NCBI GenBank assembly: GCA_964408235.1
Contig: CAYOYN010000002.1
Span: 44,459-108,458, forward strand
Direction of reading: 5' to 3'
Length of the DNA stretch: 64,000 nt
From: Candidatus Woesearchaeota archaeon
GTDB taxonomy: Archaea; Nanobdellota; Nanobdellia; Pacearchaeales; GW2011-AR1
Every line of letters starts with the position of its first letter. The stretch's first letter is position 1. Below are positions 37,007 to 46,556 of this stretch, piece by piece. Under the pieces are notes generated by a model, which saw only the letters and a program-made list of their open reading frames with translations, was not told the origin of the DNA and ran no database searches. The position numbers were made by a program, and so were the translations under genes.

Positions 37007-38443
37007 GTGTTATCCTTCATTTTTGTTATGGTAGATAACAAGGGTTTGACTGTTAAAAAGAATGAAAATTTTTCTGAATGGTTTACTGAAGTTGTCCAAA
37101 AAGCAGAATTAGCGGATTACTCACCAGTTAGAGGTTTTATGATCATACGTCCTCGTGCATACGCTTTATGGGAAAATATTCAAGTAGACTTTAATAAAAC
37201 TTTGAAAACTAAAGGGGTCTCAAATGCTTATTTTCCTTTACTCATTCCAGATTCTTTTTTTAAAAAAGAAGCTGAGCACGCAGAAGGGTTTGCACCTGAA
37301 CTTGCATATATTGAACAGAAAGATGATGAGCAGAAACTAGCTATAAGGCCTACTAGCGAAACTATAATGTATGATTCTTACTCAAAATGGATTCGTTCTC
37401 ATAGAGATTTACCTTTAAAGTTAAATCAGTGGTGTAATGTTTTAAGGTGGGAAGTTAAACAGACTAAACCCTTTGTACGTACTCGTGAATTTTTATGGCA
37501 GGAAGGACATTGCGCTTTTGCAACTAAAGATGAGGCAGAAAATAATATGGTTGAAATGATGGGGTCTTATCAACAACTAGTTGAAGATTTACTTGCTATT
37601 CCAGTTATTGTAGGGCGCAAATCTAAACTCGAGAAATTTGCCGGAGCTATAACTACTCTTACAATGGAAGCGATAATGCCTGACGGTAAAGCGTTACAAA
37701 TGGGCACTTCTCATAATTTGGGACAAAATTTTGCAAAATCATTTAATGTAATGTTTAAAGATAAAAATGAAGAAGATCAATATGTTTGGCAAACTTCTTG
37801 GGGATTTTCTACTAGATTAATAGGTGCTTTAACAATGGTTCATGGAGATGATAAAGGATTAATTATTCCTCCAAAAGTTGCTACTAATAAAATTGTAATT
37901 GTGCCTATATTATTTGAGGATTCAAGAAGTAAGGTTCTTGAACATTGTAGGAACCTTGCAGATCATTTGAAAGAATATGGTGCCTTTGTTGATGAAAGTG
38001 ATAAAAGTCCTGGTTGGAAATTTAGTGAATGGGAAATGAAAGGAATTCCATTACGCATTGAAATTGGACCTAAAGATCTTGAAAAGAAACAAGTTATTTT
38101 TGTTAGAAGGGACAATAATAAGAAAGAAATTGTTGCTGACAAGGATATTTTGAATACTGTACAGAAAACTCTTGATGAAATTCAAAAAGATTTATATTTG
38201 AACGCTAGAAAGATGCTTGAAAGTAAAATGGATTCTGCGAGAGATGTTAAGCAGTTAATTAAGAAACTTGATGAAGGAAAGTTTGTAAAGGTCTTTATGA
38301 TTGATGATAAAAAAGTTGAAGAAAAATTGAAAGAAGAAACCGGGGCAAATTCAAGAATAGTAGAAGAAGATAGTGCTGAAGGTGAATGTATAATTACAGG
38401 GAATAAAACTAAAACAGTGGCTTATGTTGCTAGGAATTATTAA
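37007..38443 (+). CDS. proS: Prolyl-tRNA synthetase, archaeal/eukaryotic type
   Basis: Class II motifs and a C-terminal Zn-binding-type domain ending in Tyr (…VARNY). The start may be the internal MVDNKG. Confidence 0.9.
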   Translation: MLSFIFVMVDNKGLTVKKNENFSEWFTEVVQKAELADYSPVRGFMIIRPRAYALWENIQVDFNKTLKTKGVSNAYFPLLIPDSFFKKEAEHAEGFAPELAYIEQKDDEQKLAIRPTSETIMYDSYSKWIRSHRDLPLKLNQWCNVLRWEVKQTKPFVRTREFLWQEGHCAFATKDEAENNMVEMMGSYQQLVEDLLAIPVIVGRKSKLEKFAGAITTLTMEAIMPDGKALQMGTSHNLGQNFAKSFNVMFKDKNEEDQYVWQTSWGFSTRLIGALTMVHGDDKGLIIPPKVATNKIVIVPILFEDSRSKVLEHCRNLADHLKEYGAFVDESDKSPGWKFSEWEMKGIPLRIEIGPKDLEKKQVIFVRRDNNKKEIVADKDILNTVQKTLDEIQKDLYLNARKMLESKMDSARDVKQLIKKLDEGKFVKVFMIDDKKVEEKLKEETGANSRIVEEDSAEGECIITGNKTKTVAYVARNY

Positions 38444-38448
38444 TTTTT

Positions 38449-39723
38449 ATGGCTGAATTTAATTTTAATTTTGGAGATAGAGTTAAACTGCGACTTGCTC
38501 GCGAGGAAATTGAAGGGGTAGTTTTAGAGAGTTACGATAGTGGCGTTGTTCTTTTGAAATTGCATTCAGGATATAATATTGGGATTCCTAAAGAAAATAT
38601 TTTAGATTGCGATGTTGTTGAAGAGTTTAAAGAGAAAATAAAAGGTGAAAAAGCTGTTATCTCTAAGTCTAATGATAAACCTTCTATTGGATTAGTTATA
38701 ACTGGAGGGACTATTGCCGCTAAACTTGACTCTAGAACTGGTGGAGTCTCTTGGTTAACAGATGTTAATGAATTTGCTAAGTTTTATCCCAAGGTTTTTG
38801 AAAAAGCAAATGTGAAAAAAATCTCTGTTCCATTTATGGTTGCATCTGAAAACATGACTTCAGAGCACTGGATAACTATTGCAGAGTATGTTAAAGAAAT
38901 GTTAAATGATTCAGAGATAAAAGGAGTTATTGTAACTCATGGGACTGATACCTTGCATTATACTTCTTCTGCATTGAGTTTCTTTTTGAGAGATTTAAAA
39001 AAACCAGTTGTTCTTACTTTTTCTCAAAGAAGTATTGATAGGGCTTCTAGTGATGCTGAATTAAATTTAGAATGTGCAGTAGAAATGGCATTAAGTAATT
39101 GTGCAGAAGTTATGCTTGTTGGACATGCTACATTAAATGATGATTATTGCTTTGCTTTGCGTGGAACTAAGGTGCGTAAAATGCATTCTTCTAGAAGAGA
39201 TGCTTTCAAATCAATCAATTGCGAACCAATTGCTAAAGTATTTTCAAATAAAATTGAATTTTTATCTAATTATAATTCTCGTTCTGATGGACTAACAAAA
39301 CTTGATGTTCAATATAGTAATAAGGTTGGATTAATTCATTATTATCCTGGACAGGATCCTAGCATATTAGATTATTATTTGGTTCAAGGCTACAAAGGAA
39401 TAGTTATTGCAGCTACTGGTTTTGGCCATGTAGCTACAGGGGATGTAGATCACTCTTGGGCTCCTACTTTAAAGAGGTTGATTAAACAAGGAGTTACTGT
39501 TTGTTTTGCTCCTCAAACTTTTTATGGAAGGCTTAATCCTAAAGTTTACTCTCCTGGAAGGGAACTTGAAAATCTTGGAGTAATATACTTAGATGATATG
39601 TTACCTGAAACTGCAATGGTTAAATTAGGGTGGGTTTTAGGACATAAAAATTGGAAAGGACTTGTTAGAGAGAAGATGCTTGAGAACATCTCTAGCGAAT
39701 TTAGTGGAAATTTGACTGAATAG
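38449..39723 (+). CDS. gatD: Glu-tRNA(Gln) amidotransferase subunit D (asparaginase-like)
   Basis: N-terminal AspRS-like barrel, then the asparaginase motif LVITGGTIAAK and HGTDT. Confidence 0.85.
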   Translation: MAEFNFNFGDRVKLRLAREEIEGVVLESYDSGVVLLKLHSGYNIGIPKENILDCDVVEEFKEKIKGEKAVISKSNDKPSIGLVITGGTIAAKLDSRTGGVSWLTDVNEFAKFYPKVFEKANVKKISVPFMVASENMTSEHWITIAEYVKEMLNDSEIKGVIVTHGTDTLHYTSSALSFFLRDLKKPVVLTFSQRSIDRASSDAELNLECAVEMALSNCAEVMLVGHATLNDDYCFALRGTKVRKMHSSRRDAFKSINCEPIAKVFSNKIEFLSNYNSRSDGLTKLDVQYSNKVGLIHYYPGQDPSILDYYLVQGYKGIVIAATGFGHVATGDVDHSWAPTLKRLIKQGVTVCFAPQTFYGRLNPKVYSPGRELENLGVIYLDDMLPETAMVKLGWVLGHKNWKGLVREKMLENISSEFSGNLTE

Positions 39724-39763
39724 TTGTAACTATTAAGAGGTTACAAATAGTAAGGTTTAAAAG

Positions 39764-41128
39764 GTGGCTTTAAGCTTATATTTTATGAAAACTAAGAGAA
39801 CTGTAGTACATAGTGTACCTTATGAATTTCCTTTAGATAGGCATCTCTATGGGCAAACTTTTGTTATAGCAGACCATGTTAGGCACTCAGAAAATAATAC
39901 TGCTGTTTTTACTCAATCCCCTTATAATCTAAATGATAGTAATTTTGGTAAGCTTCAAAGAAGAGTTGCCAGAGATAAATTAGGTACTGAACTTGTTTTT
40001 TCACAAGATTTAACAGTACAACATCCAAAAAGAGCTTATGATGTTTCTAGAACCGCATTATTCCCATTTTTAGATGCGCGTGTTAATGAAGGCCCTGTTT
40101 CTTATGATGCCCATTATTTTAGAGATGGAAACTATCCTGAATTTGAACAAATAAAGCAAAGATTTGGAGATGACGTTGATTTTTTTGTTCATTTACACTG
40201 CTTGTCTACTCTTTTTTTGGGAGACCTTAATGTGTCTGAATTGACACATAGACAAAAAAAAGTTAGAGATAATTTGCTTAGAACAATGGATAAATATTCT
40301 CCTAAAATTATTGCGGTTTCAAATGCCGTAAGAGATTCTTTTTACCAACACGGCATATTACCTAATGGTAGTGTTGAGGTAGTTCATAACGGCGTAGAAA
40401 CAGATTTGTATCGTAAGGCAAGTGATAAAGAAAAAGAAGATTTTCGTAGAGAGCTAGGAATAAATGCTTCAAGACTTGTTGGTTATGTTGGACGTATTGA
40501 AGATATCAAAGGCGCAGATACGCTTTTAGGGATATTATCCAGGCATCCAGATTTAGGACAAGATGTGGGTTTTGTTATTGCTACAACTGATGGGAGAAAG
40601 GCTGGAGCTTTTCTTGATAAGGTTAGAAGAGACCTACCTGAATTAGTAGAAGATAATAGGATTAAATTTTGTGTTGATGCTTCTAAATTAACTGCTGGTT
40701 TTTATAAGAGGGATAGTGAGGTTTGTCGATATTTCGATGGACTAGCTCAAAATCTTGGATTTGGAAAATCTTTCGGAGATGTTTTAACTCGTCCTCTTCA
40801 TCCTCATTTGGATGTTTATGTTCAACCTTCGAATAGTGAGGCTCTTGGTTTGTCAGTGGTCGAAGCTGGAATGAGCGAAGTTCCAGTTGTTGCTTCAGAA
40901 ATAGGCGGAATTCCTGAAGTTGTTAATGTTAATGCTGGAACTTTAGTTCCAATAAAAGATCGTAAACGCGAGGATGTAGTTGATGATTTCACTTTCGCTA
41001 TAAAACATCATCTTTCTACTCAAACCAATCCTGTTGTTTCCGATAGCAACCGTACAAATCTCATAAGAAAGGGATTTGATGCTAGAACAATGGCTTCAAA
41101 GTTAGATGGCTTATACTCTAGAGATTAA
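39764..41128 (+). CDS. GT-B glycosyltransferase, family-4-like
   Basis: C-terminal EALGLSVVEAGMSEVPVVASEIGGIPEVV (E-x7-E type). Arg-rich and Lys-poor composition, and more CG-containing codons than its neighbours. Confidence 0.7.
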   Translation: MALSLYFMKTKRTVVHSVPYEFPLDRHLYGQTFVIADHVRHSENNTAVFTQSPYNLNDSNFGKLQRRVARDKLGTELVFSQDLTVQHPKRAYDVSRTALFPFLDARVNEGPVSYDAHYFRDGNYPEFEQIKQRFGDDVDFFVHLHCLSTLFLGDLNVSELTHRQKKVRDNLLRTMDKYSPKIIAVSNAVRDSFYQHGILPNGSVEVVHNGVETDLYRKASDKEKEDFRRELGINASRLVGYVGRIEDIKGADTLLGILSRHPDLGQDVGFVIATTDGRKAGAFLDKVRRDLPELVEDNRIKFCVDASKLTAGFYKRDSEVCRYFDGLAQNLGFGKSFGDVLTRPLHPHLDVYVQPSNSEALGLSVVEAGMSEVPVVASEIGGIPEVVNVNAGTLVPIKDRKREDVVDDFTFAIKHHLSTQTNPVVSDSNRTNLIRKGFDARTMASKLDGLYSRD

Positions 41129-41163
41129 GTAATCTTTAATAATAACGATTTTGTTTCTGAGTT

Positions 41164-42609
41164 ATGCATAAGTATAATGAATTAGGATTTAAGGCAGGGC
41201 TTGAAATACATCAACAGCTTGATACTCCAAAACTATTTTCTGGAGCTCCGTCATTTTTACGAAATGATGAACCTCATTATGTTATTTCAAGAAAGTTGCA
41301 TGCTGTGGCTGGTGAAAGCGGAAATGTTGATGAAGCTGTAAAACATGAGTCTACTTTAGACAAGACCTTCTTTTATGAAGGATACAAAGATACTGTCTCT
41401 CTTGTTGAACTTGATGAAGAACCTGCTCATGCTGTAAACGAGGAGGCTTTGAATACGGCTCTTACTGTTGCACTTTTGCTTAATTGTGAAATTTATCCAG
41501 TTACTCAAGTTATGCGTAAAACTGTAATTGATGGAAGCAATACCTCTGGTTTTCAGAGAACAGTACTAATTGCACATGATGGAAAAATTGAAACCTCTTA
41601 TGGAGATGTTCGTGTAGCAACTGTTTGCCTTGAAGAAGATTCGGCTCGTGTTATTTCCCGTACTAAGGAAAAAGTTGTTTATCGTTTAGATAGATTAGGA
41701 ATTCCACTTATAGAAATTGCAACTTATCCTGATTTACATAATCCTGAACAAGTTAAAGAATGTGCATTGAAAATTGGAGAAATATTGCGTGCTTGTAAGG
41801 TTAAACGTGGACTTGGAACAATAAGGCAAGACGTTAATATTTCTATTAAGGGACATGATAGGGTCGAAATAAAGGGATTTCAAGATCCTAAGATGATGAT
41901 TAAAACAATTGACCTTGAAATTGATAGGCAACTTATTAATTTGAAAAACAAGAAAACTATTGGAGATGTTAGGAATGCAAAGGAAGATGGTACAAGTGAA
42001 TTCTTACGTCCAATGCCTGGAGCAGATAGGATGTATCCAGAAACTGATTTGAGCTTGCTCAGGGTTGGAAAATTAAGGGTTGATAATTTGAAGAAGAGTT
42101 TGCCTAAACTTAAAACAGATATACGAGCAGAACTTGAAAAGAAAGGAGTTAGTGAAGATTTGATTGAATTAGTTGTTGAAAATTCTGAACTACTTGATGA
42201 ATTTGAAACTCTTCTTTTGATTTATCCTATGGATGCTAATTTAATTGCTAAAATGGTTACTTTGTGGAGAAATGAATTTGCTACAAAAAATAAAAAAACA
42301 ATTTCTCAAATTAAAAATATTTTAAGTGAAGCAGTTTATGCAGAAGTTTTAAGGGAACTTGCAGATGAAAATATTGTTACAACTGACGTTAAACCAATTT
42401 TAATGAAAGTTCTTGAAGGTGTTGATTTGAAAGATGCTTTAAAAGTCGAGAAGATAGATGACAATGAAATTGAAAAAGAAATTAGAGAAATTATTAAGTC
42501 TAAACCTGGAATGAGGGCTAATGCTTATATGGGTTTACTTATGGCTAAGTTCAAAGGGAAGTTGGATGCTAAGAAGGCGATGGAATTAATAAATAGGGTT
42601 TTAGGTTAA
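41164..42609 (+). CDS. gatE: Glu-tRNA(Gln) amidotransferase subunit E, short form
   Basis: Strong similarity to the GatE core (GLEIHQQL...LVELDEEPAH...MRKTVIDGSNTSGFQRT...YRLDRLGIPLIEI...GTIRQDVNISI). The N-terminal Cys pair is replaced (KLFSGAPS). Only 481 aa. Confidence 0.75.
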   Translation: MHKYNELGFKAGLEIHQQLDTPKLFSGAPSFLRNDEPHYVISRKLHAVAGESGNVDEAVKHESTLDKTFFYEGYKDTVSLVELDEEPAHAVNEEALNTALTVALLLNCEIYPVTQVMRKTVIDGSNTSGFQRTVLIAHDGKIETSYGDVRVATVCLEEDSARVISRTKEKVVYRLDRLGIPLIEIATYPDLHNPEQVKECALKIGEILRACKVKRGLGTIRQDVNISIKGHDRVEIKGFQDPKMMIKTIDLEIDRQLINLKNKKTIGDVRNAKEDGTSEFLRPMPGADRMYPETDLSLLRVGKLRVDNLKKSLPKLKTDIRAELEKKGVSEDLIELVVENSELLDEFETLLLIYPMDANLIAKMVTLWRNEFATKNKKTISQIKNILSEAVYAEVLRELADENIVTTDVKPILMKVLEGVDLKDALKVEKIDDNEIEKEIREIIKSKPGMRANAYMGLLMAKFKGKLDAKKAMELINRVLG

Positions 42610-42639
42610 TTTTTTAAATAGGGTTTTTATGTTTTTAAT

Positions 42640-43632
42640 ATGAGTTCTTTAAGAAATCTCTCTATAATTGGTGCTGGTAGTTATCTCCCTGAAACAGTTG
42701 TTAGAACAGAGCAGTTTGAAGGGGTCCCAATGTGGGCTTATGATAAAAAAGGGAATAGGGTAGGGAATTCAAGAGTTTTTACTGCTGAAAAACTATTGGA
42801 TTTAACAGGGATTTATGAAAGAAGAAAAGCTAGAAATGATCAGTGGCCTTCTGATCTTGGATATATTGCTTCTTCAAGGGCTCTTGAAATGGCGGGAGTT
42901 TCTCCTGAAAGTCTTGATGGAATAGTTGTTGCTACGGTAAGTGAAAGAGATAATTTTCCTTCTGCTGCAATAAAAATTCAAGAAAAACTTGGGGCAAGAA
43001 ATGTTAGGGTCGCTTACGACTTACAAAATGCTTGTGCAGGTTTTCCAACTGCATTAACTACTGCAAATGCTTTGTCCAGAGATTCAGATGGTAATTGGCT
43101 TGTTGTTGCTTCTGAGACTTTAACCAGGGTAAATGATTACACTGATATTAATTCTCATTTATTCGGAGATGGTGCAGGCGCAGTTGTTCTTACTCCCAAA
43201 AAAGGAATAGGGCAGATAGTTAGAACATATTCAAGAAGTGAGCCTTTTGATGATAATAATCAGATGATTTTTAGGGATTCCAAGGCTAATTGTATAAGGA
43301 TGCCAGACGGAGGTGCTGTTCTTAAAAAAGCAGTTGCTTCGATGGTAGATTCGGCAGTCCAACTTAAAGCGGAATGTGGATGGGACAGGGCTGATGTGTA
43401 TATCCCTCATCAAGCTAACGAAAGAATTATTGCCGGGGTTGAAAAGAAACTCTCAGGTGATGGGGCAATCGTTTATAGAAATATTTCCCAATATGGAAAT
43501 ATGTCTGCTGCTACATGCGCTGTTGCTTTAGATGAAGCAATTAGAGATGGAACGATAAAAAAAGGAAGTAGGGTAATAGTAACTTCTTTTGGAGCAGGAC
43601 TTGTTACAAGCGCGGTTGCTATTCAATTTTGA
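42640..43632 (+). CDS. FabH-like 3-oxoacyl synthase III (KAS III / thiolase-fold condensing enzyme)
   Basis: Active-site Cys in NACAGF, His in IPHQAN, Asn in GNMSAAT, and the C-terminal SFGAG. Arg-rich composition. Confidence 0.7.
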   Translation: MSSLRNLSIIGAGSYLPETVVRTEQFEGVPMWAYDKKGNRVGNSRVFTAEKLLDLTGIYERRKARNDQWPSDLGYIASSRALEMAGVSPESLDGIVVATVSERDNFPSAAIKIQEKLGARNVRVAYDLQNACAGFPTALTTANALSRDSDGNWLVVASETLTRVNDYTDINSHLFGDGAGAVVLTPKKGIGQIVRTYSRSEPFDDNNQMIFRDSKANCIRMPDGGAVLKKAVASMVDSAVQLKAECGWDRADVYIPHQANERIIAGVEKKLSGDGAIVYRNISQYGNMSAATCAVALDEAIRDGTIKKGSRVIVTSFGAGLVTSAVAIQF

Positions 43633-43675
43633 TATTGAGGCACTTTAACATAATGCTTAAAAAAGCTGTTTTACT

Positions 43676-45001
43676 TTGAGAAATATGGATTATTGGAAAC
43701 TTCTTAAAAATAGAAAAATGGTTGATTCACTTACAGCTAAAGATAATGGTGAAAGCGTAGTTATAGCCGGATGGGTTTACGATCAACGTGATTTGGGTAA
43801 AATAAGATTTTTAGTATTGAGAGATATTAGCGGAGAGATACAAGTTATAGCTCATAAAGATAAAGCTCCTAAGGAAGTTTTTGATTTGATGCAAAAAGTT
43901 TCTAGGGAAAGCGTCATTTTGATCTCAGGGAAGGTTCAAAAGAGTGAGAAAGCAACTGGAGGGCGTGAATTAGTTGCAGAACACTTTGAAATATTAAGTC
44001 CTGCAGAATATCCACTACCAATTGATGTGAGTGATTTTTCCAAGACTGAGTTGCCTAAGAGACTTGATTATCGATATGTTGATTTTCATAGGCGCAGGGC
44101 TCAGGCTATTTTCAAAATACAGAGTACAATTTCCACAGCCTTTAGAGAATTTTTTGTTAAAGAAGGTTTTCTTGAAATGCAACCTCCTTGCTTAATTGGA
44201 GTTGCTTCAGAAGGTGGGGCTGATGTTTTCAAAGTAAAATATTTTGAAAGAGAAGCTTGTTTGGCTCAAAGTCCTCAATTGTATAAGGAAATGGTTGCAT
44301 GTTCTATGGAAAAAACTTTCATGATCACTCCTGTTTGGAGAGCTGAAAAACATAATACTATTAGGCACATCAATGAGATAAGGCAAATGGATATTGAATG
44401 CTCTTTTATGTCTCAAATGGATGTTATGAAAATTGAGGAAGAATGTGTAAAGTATGTTGTTTCAGAAATTATCAAGAAAAATAAAAAGGAAATCGACTTA
44501 CTTGGTTTAAAACTTAAAGTTCCTTCAGCTAAATATTTGACTTATGATGAAACTATTGCTTTGCTTAAGAAAAATGGAATTAAAATCTCAGTTGGAGATG
44601 ATTTAAATCCTGAAGCTGAAAAGAAGCTTGGAGACCTTTATCCAGATACTTTGGTTTTTGTTCATTCATGGCCCTCTTCTTTGAAACCATTTTATATAAT
44701 GCCTAAAGATGGAGATGCAGATTCTGATTATTCTGAAGGATTTGATTGTATTTATAGAGGTCTTGAAATAACTTCTGGAGGTCAGCGTATACATACTCCG
44801 GAATTATTGTTAAAGAGGATAAAGCATAAGGGTATGAAAACAGATGGTTTGATGGATTATGTTAATTCCTTCAAATATGGTGCTCCACCTCACTCCGGTT
44901 GGAGTATAGGTCTTGAGAGATTTACTATGCTTGTTTGTGAATTAGATAATGTTCGTGAAGCGACAATGTTCCCTAGGGATAGAGACAGATTAACACCTTG
45001 A
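43676..45001 (+). CDS. aspS: Aspartyl-tRNA synthetase, archaeal type; likely non-discriminating
   Basis: N-terminal OB fold; class II motifs (FRAE..., QSPQLYKE, GLERFTM). gatCAB-type subunits in the window suggest it is non-discriminating. Confidence 0.85.
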   Translation: MRNMDYWKLLKNRKMVDSLTAKDNGESVVIAGWVYDQRDLGKIRFLVLRDISGEIQVIAHKDKAPKEVFDLMQKVSRESVILISGKVQKSEKATGGRELVAEHFEILSPAEYPLPIDVSDFSKTELPKRLDYRYVDFHRRRAQAIFKIQSTISTAFREFFVKEGFLEMQPPCLIGVASEGGADVFKVKYFEREACLAQSPQLYKEMVACSMEKTFMITPVWRAEKHNTIRHINEIRQMDIECSFMSQMDVMKIEEECVKYVVSEIIKKNKKEIDLLGLKLKVPSAKYLTYDETIALLKKNGIKISVGDDLNPEAEKKLGDLYPDTLVFVHSWPSSLKPFYIMPKDGDADSDYSEGFDCIYRGLEITSGGQRIHTPELLLKRIKHKGMKTDGLMDYVNSFKYGAPPHSGWSIGLERFTMLVCELDNVREATMFPRDRDRLTP

Positions 45002-45007
45002 TATTAA

Positions 45008-45226
45008 ATGGAAGAAAAAATAAAATCTGAAGCAAGAAAATTACTTGATAAATTTGGAAAAGATTTGAAAAATGTTAAAATTTCTAATACAGCTAGATCT
45101 TTTGGAAAGTTGAGGGAAGAAGAAAAAGGGTTTGAATGTGATAGCTCTTTTAAAACAATAATGTTTAAAAATGCGAAACACAAGAATGATTTATACCTTT
45201 TGTTAGAAAAAGGTTCTTGGAATTAA
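45008..45226 (+). CDS. Hypothetical small protein
   Basis: 72 aa, directly downstream of aspS. Confidence 0.3.
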   Translation: MEEKIKSEARKLLDKFGKDLKNVKISNTARSFGKLREEEKGFECDSSFKTIMFKNAKHKNDLYLLLEKGSWN

Positions 45227-45227
45227 T

Positions 45228-45836
45228 ATGCAACAAAATAATCATAACTCAGCACTTAATGTTTCTACTCTTGTTGGTAAGAAAGCCCCAGATTTTATTG
45301 CTCACGCTTATCATCAAAATAAATTCAAAGATATTAGGCTTAGTAGCTTGAAGGGTAAATGGGTTATTCTTGCTTTTTATCCTGGAGACTTTACATTCGT
45401 ATGTCCTACTGAACTGTCTAGGTTTGCTGATTTGTATGGGGACTTCAAAAAAGTTAATGCTGAAGTTTTAAGCGTGAGTACAGATAGTGAGCATGTTCAT
45501 AAAGCATGGGCTGATCAATCTGCTTCAATAAAGAAGATACAATATCCTATGCTTGCAGATAGCTCTGGAAAAATTGCTAAGATGTACGGAGTTTACATTT
45601 CTGAAGGAGTAGATGAAGGTCGCTCTCTAAGGGCTACATTCATAATTGATCCGGATGGAGTTGTTAGAAGCGCGGATGTGCATGATAATTCTATCGGTAG
45701 AAGTGTTAAAGAAGTCTTAAGAAAGTTACAGGCTGCTAATTATGTTAGGACGCATGGTGGGGAAGTTTGTCCTGTTGAATGGGAAGCTGGAAGTAAGACT
45801 CTAAAACCTGGAATTGGATTAGTTGGAAAGATTTAA
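45228..45836 (+). CDS. Peroxiredoxin (AhpC/TSA, typical 2-Cys)
   Basis: FTFVCPTE peroxidatic-Cys motif and the C-terminal EVCPVEW resolving Cys. Confidence 0.85.
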   Translation: MQQNNHNSALNVSTLVGKKAPDFIAHAYHQNKFKDIRLSSLKGKWVILAFYPGDFTFVCPTELSRFADLYGDFKKVNAEVLSVSTDSEHVHKAWADQSASIKKIQYPMLADSSGKIAKMYGVYISEGVDEGRSLRATFIIDPDGVVRSADVHDNSIGRSVKEVLRKLQAANYVRTHGGEVCPVEWEAGSKTLKPGIGLVGKI

Positions 45837-45844
45837 TCATATTT

Positions 45845-46213
45845 ATGACTTATAGTTCGAATATAGAAAAAGAGACATTGAATAATTTGTTTTATCGTAA
45901 AGTTTTGTATACTTCCGATAATTTGCAACTTGTAGTTATGTCTCTTAAACCTAAAGAGGAAATTCCTCTTGAAACTCACAAGGATATTGACCAATTTATA
46001 AGAGTTGAATCTGGTGAAGCGGAGGTTTTTGTTGAAGGTAAGAAGTTTTTGTTGAAAGATGATGATATAATAATAATCCCTTCAGGTAAAGAACATAAGG
46101 TTTGTAATATTGGTAGCCGAGATTTAAAGCTATATTCTATTTATTCGCCTCCTGAGCACCCGAGAGGTACAATTCATAAGACTAAACAAGAATCTGATTT
46201 AGCGGAACATTGA
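45845..46213 (+). CDS. Cupin-domain protein
   Basis: Cupin_2 layout: H..D...E ... IIIIPSGKEHKVCN. Confidence 0.6.
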   Translation: MTYSSNIEKETLNNLFYRKVLYTSDNLQLVVMSLKPKEEIPLETHKDIDQFIRVESGEAEVFVEGKKFLLKDDDIIIIPSGKEHKVCNIGSRDLKLYSIYSPPEHPRGTIHKTKQESDLAEH

Positions 46214-46237
46214 AGTAATAATATTTAAAAATCAAAT

Positions 46238-46522
46238 TTGGCCTTAGATTATATGAATATCGTGAAACAATCTAAAGCATTGACTCAGGTAAAGAAGGGA
46301 GATTTTATTACGGTTAATGGCAAGAAACTGGAAGTTGATGCACACTATGTTTTTGAAGATTATAAAACTACAAAAGAAATGCTGATTGAATTATTTGATC
46401 CTAAAACCGATAAGGATTATCAAATAAGATATTTTGATGATCAGGTTAAGGAAACTCTAAAGTTCTATGAGCTTAAAGAGATAGTTTATGACGAAGTAGA
46501 TATTGAAAAGATTGAGTGGTAG
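46238..46522 (+). CDS. Hypothetical protein
   Basis: 94 aa; no recognised motif. Confidence 0.3.
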   Translation: MALDYMNIVKQSKALTQVKKGDFITVNGKKLEVDAHYVFEDYKTTKEMLIELFDPKTDKDYQIRYFDDQVKETLKFYELKEIVYDEVDIEKIEW

Positions 46523-46556
46523 TAAGATATTTAATCAGTCTTTTTGATTAGTTTCT

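Noticed and set aside
45008-45226. GatC assignment for the 72-aa ORF downstream of aspS.
   Set aside because: The sequence lacks the acidic, LARL-type GatC pattern. Position alone is insufficient.
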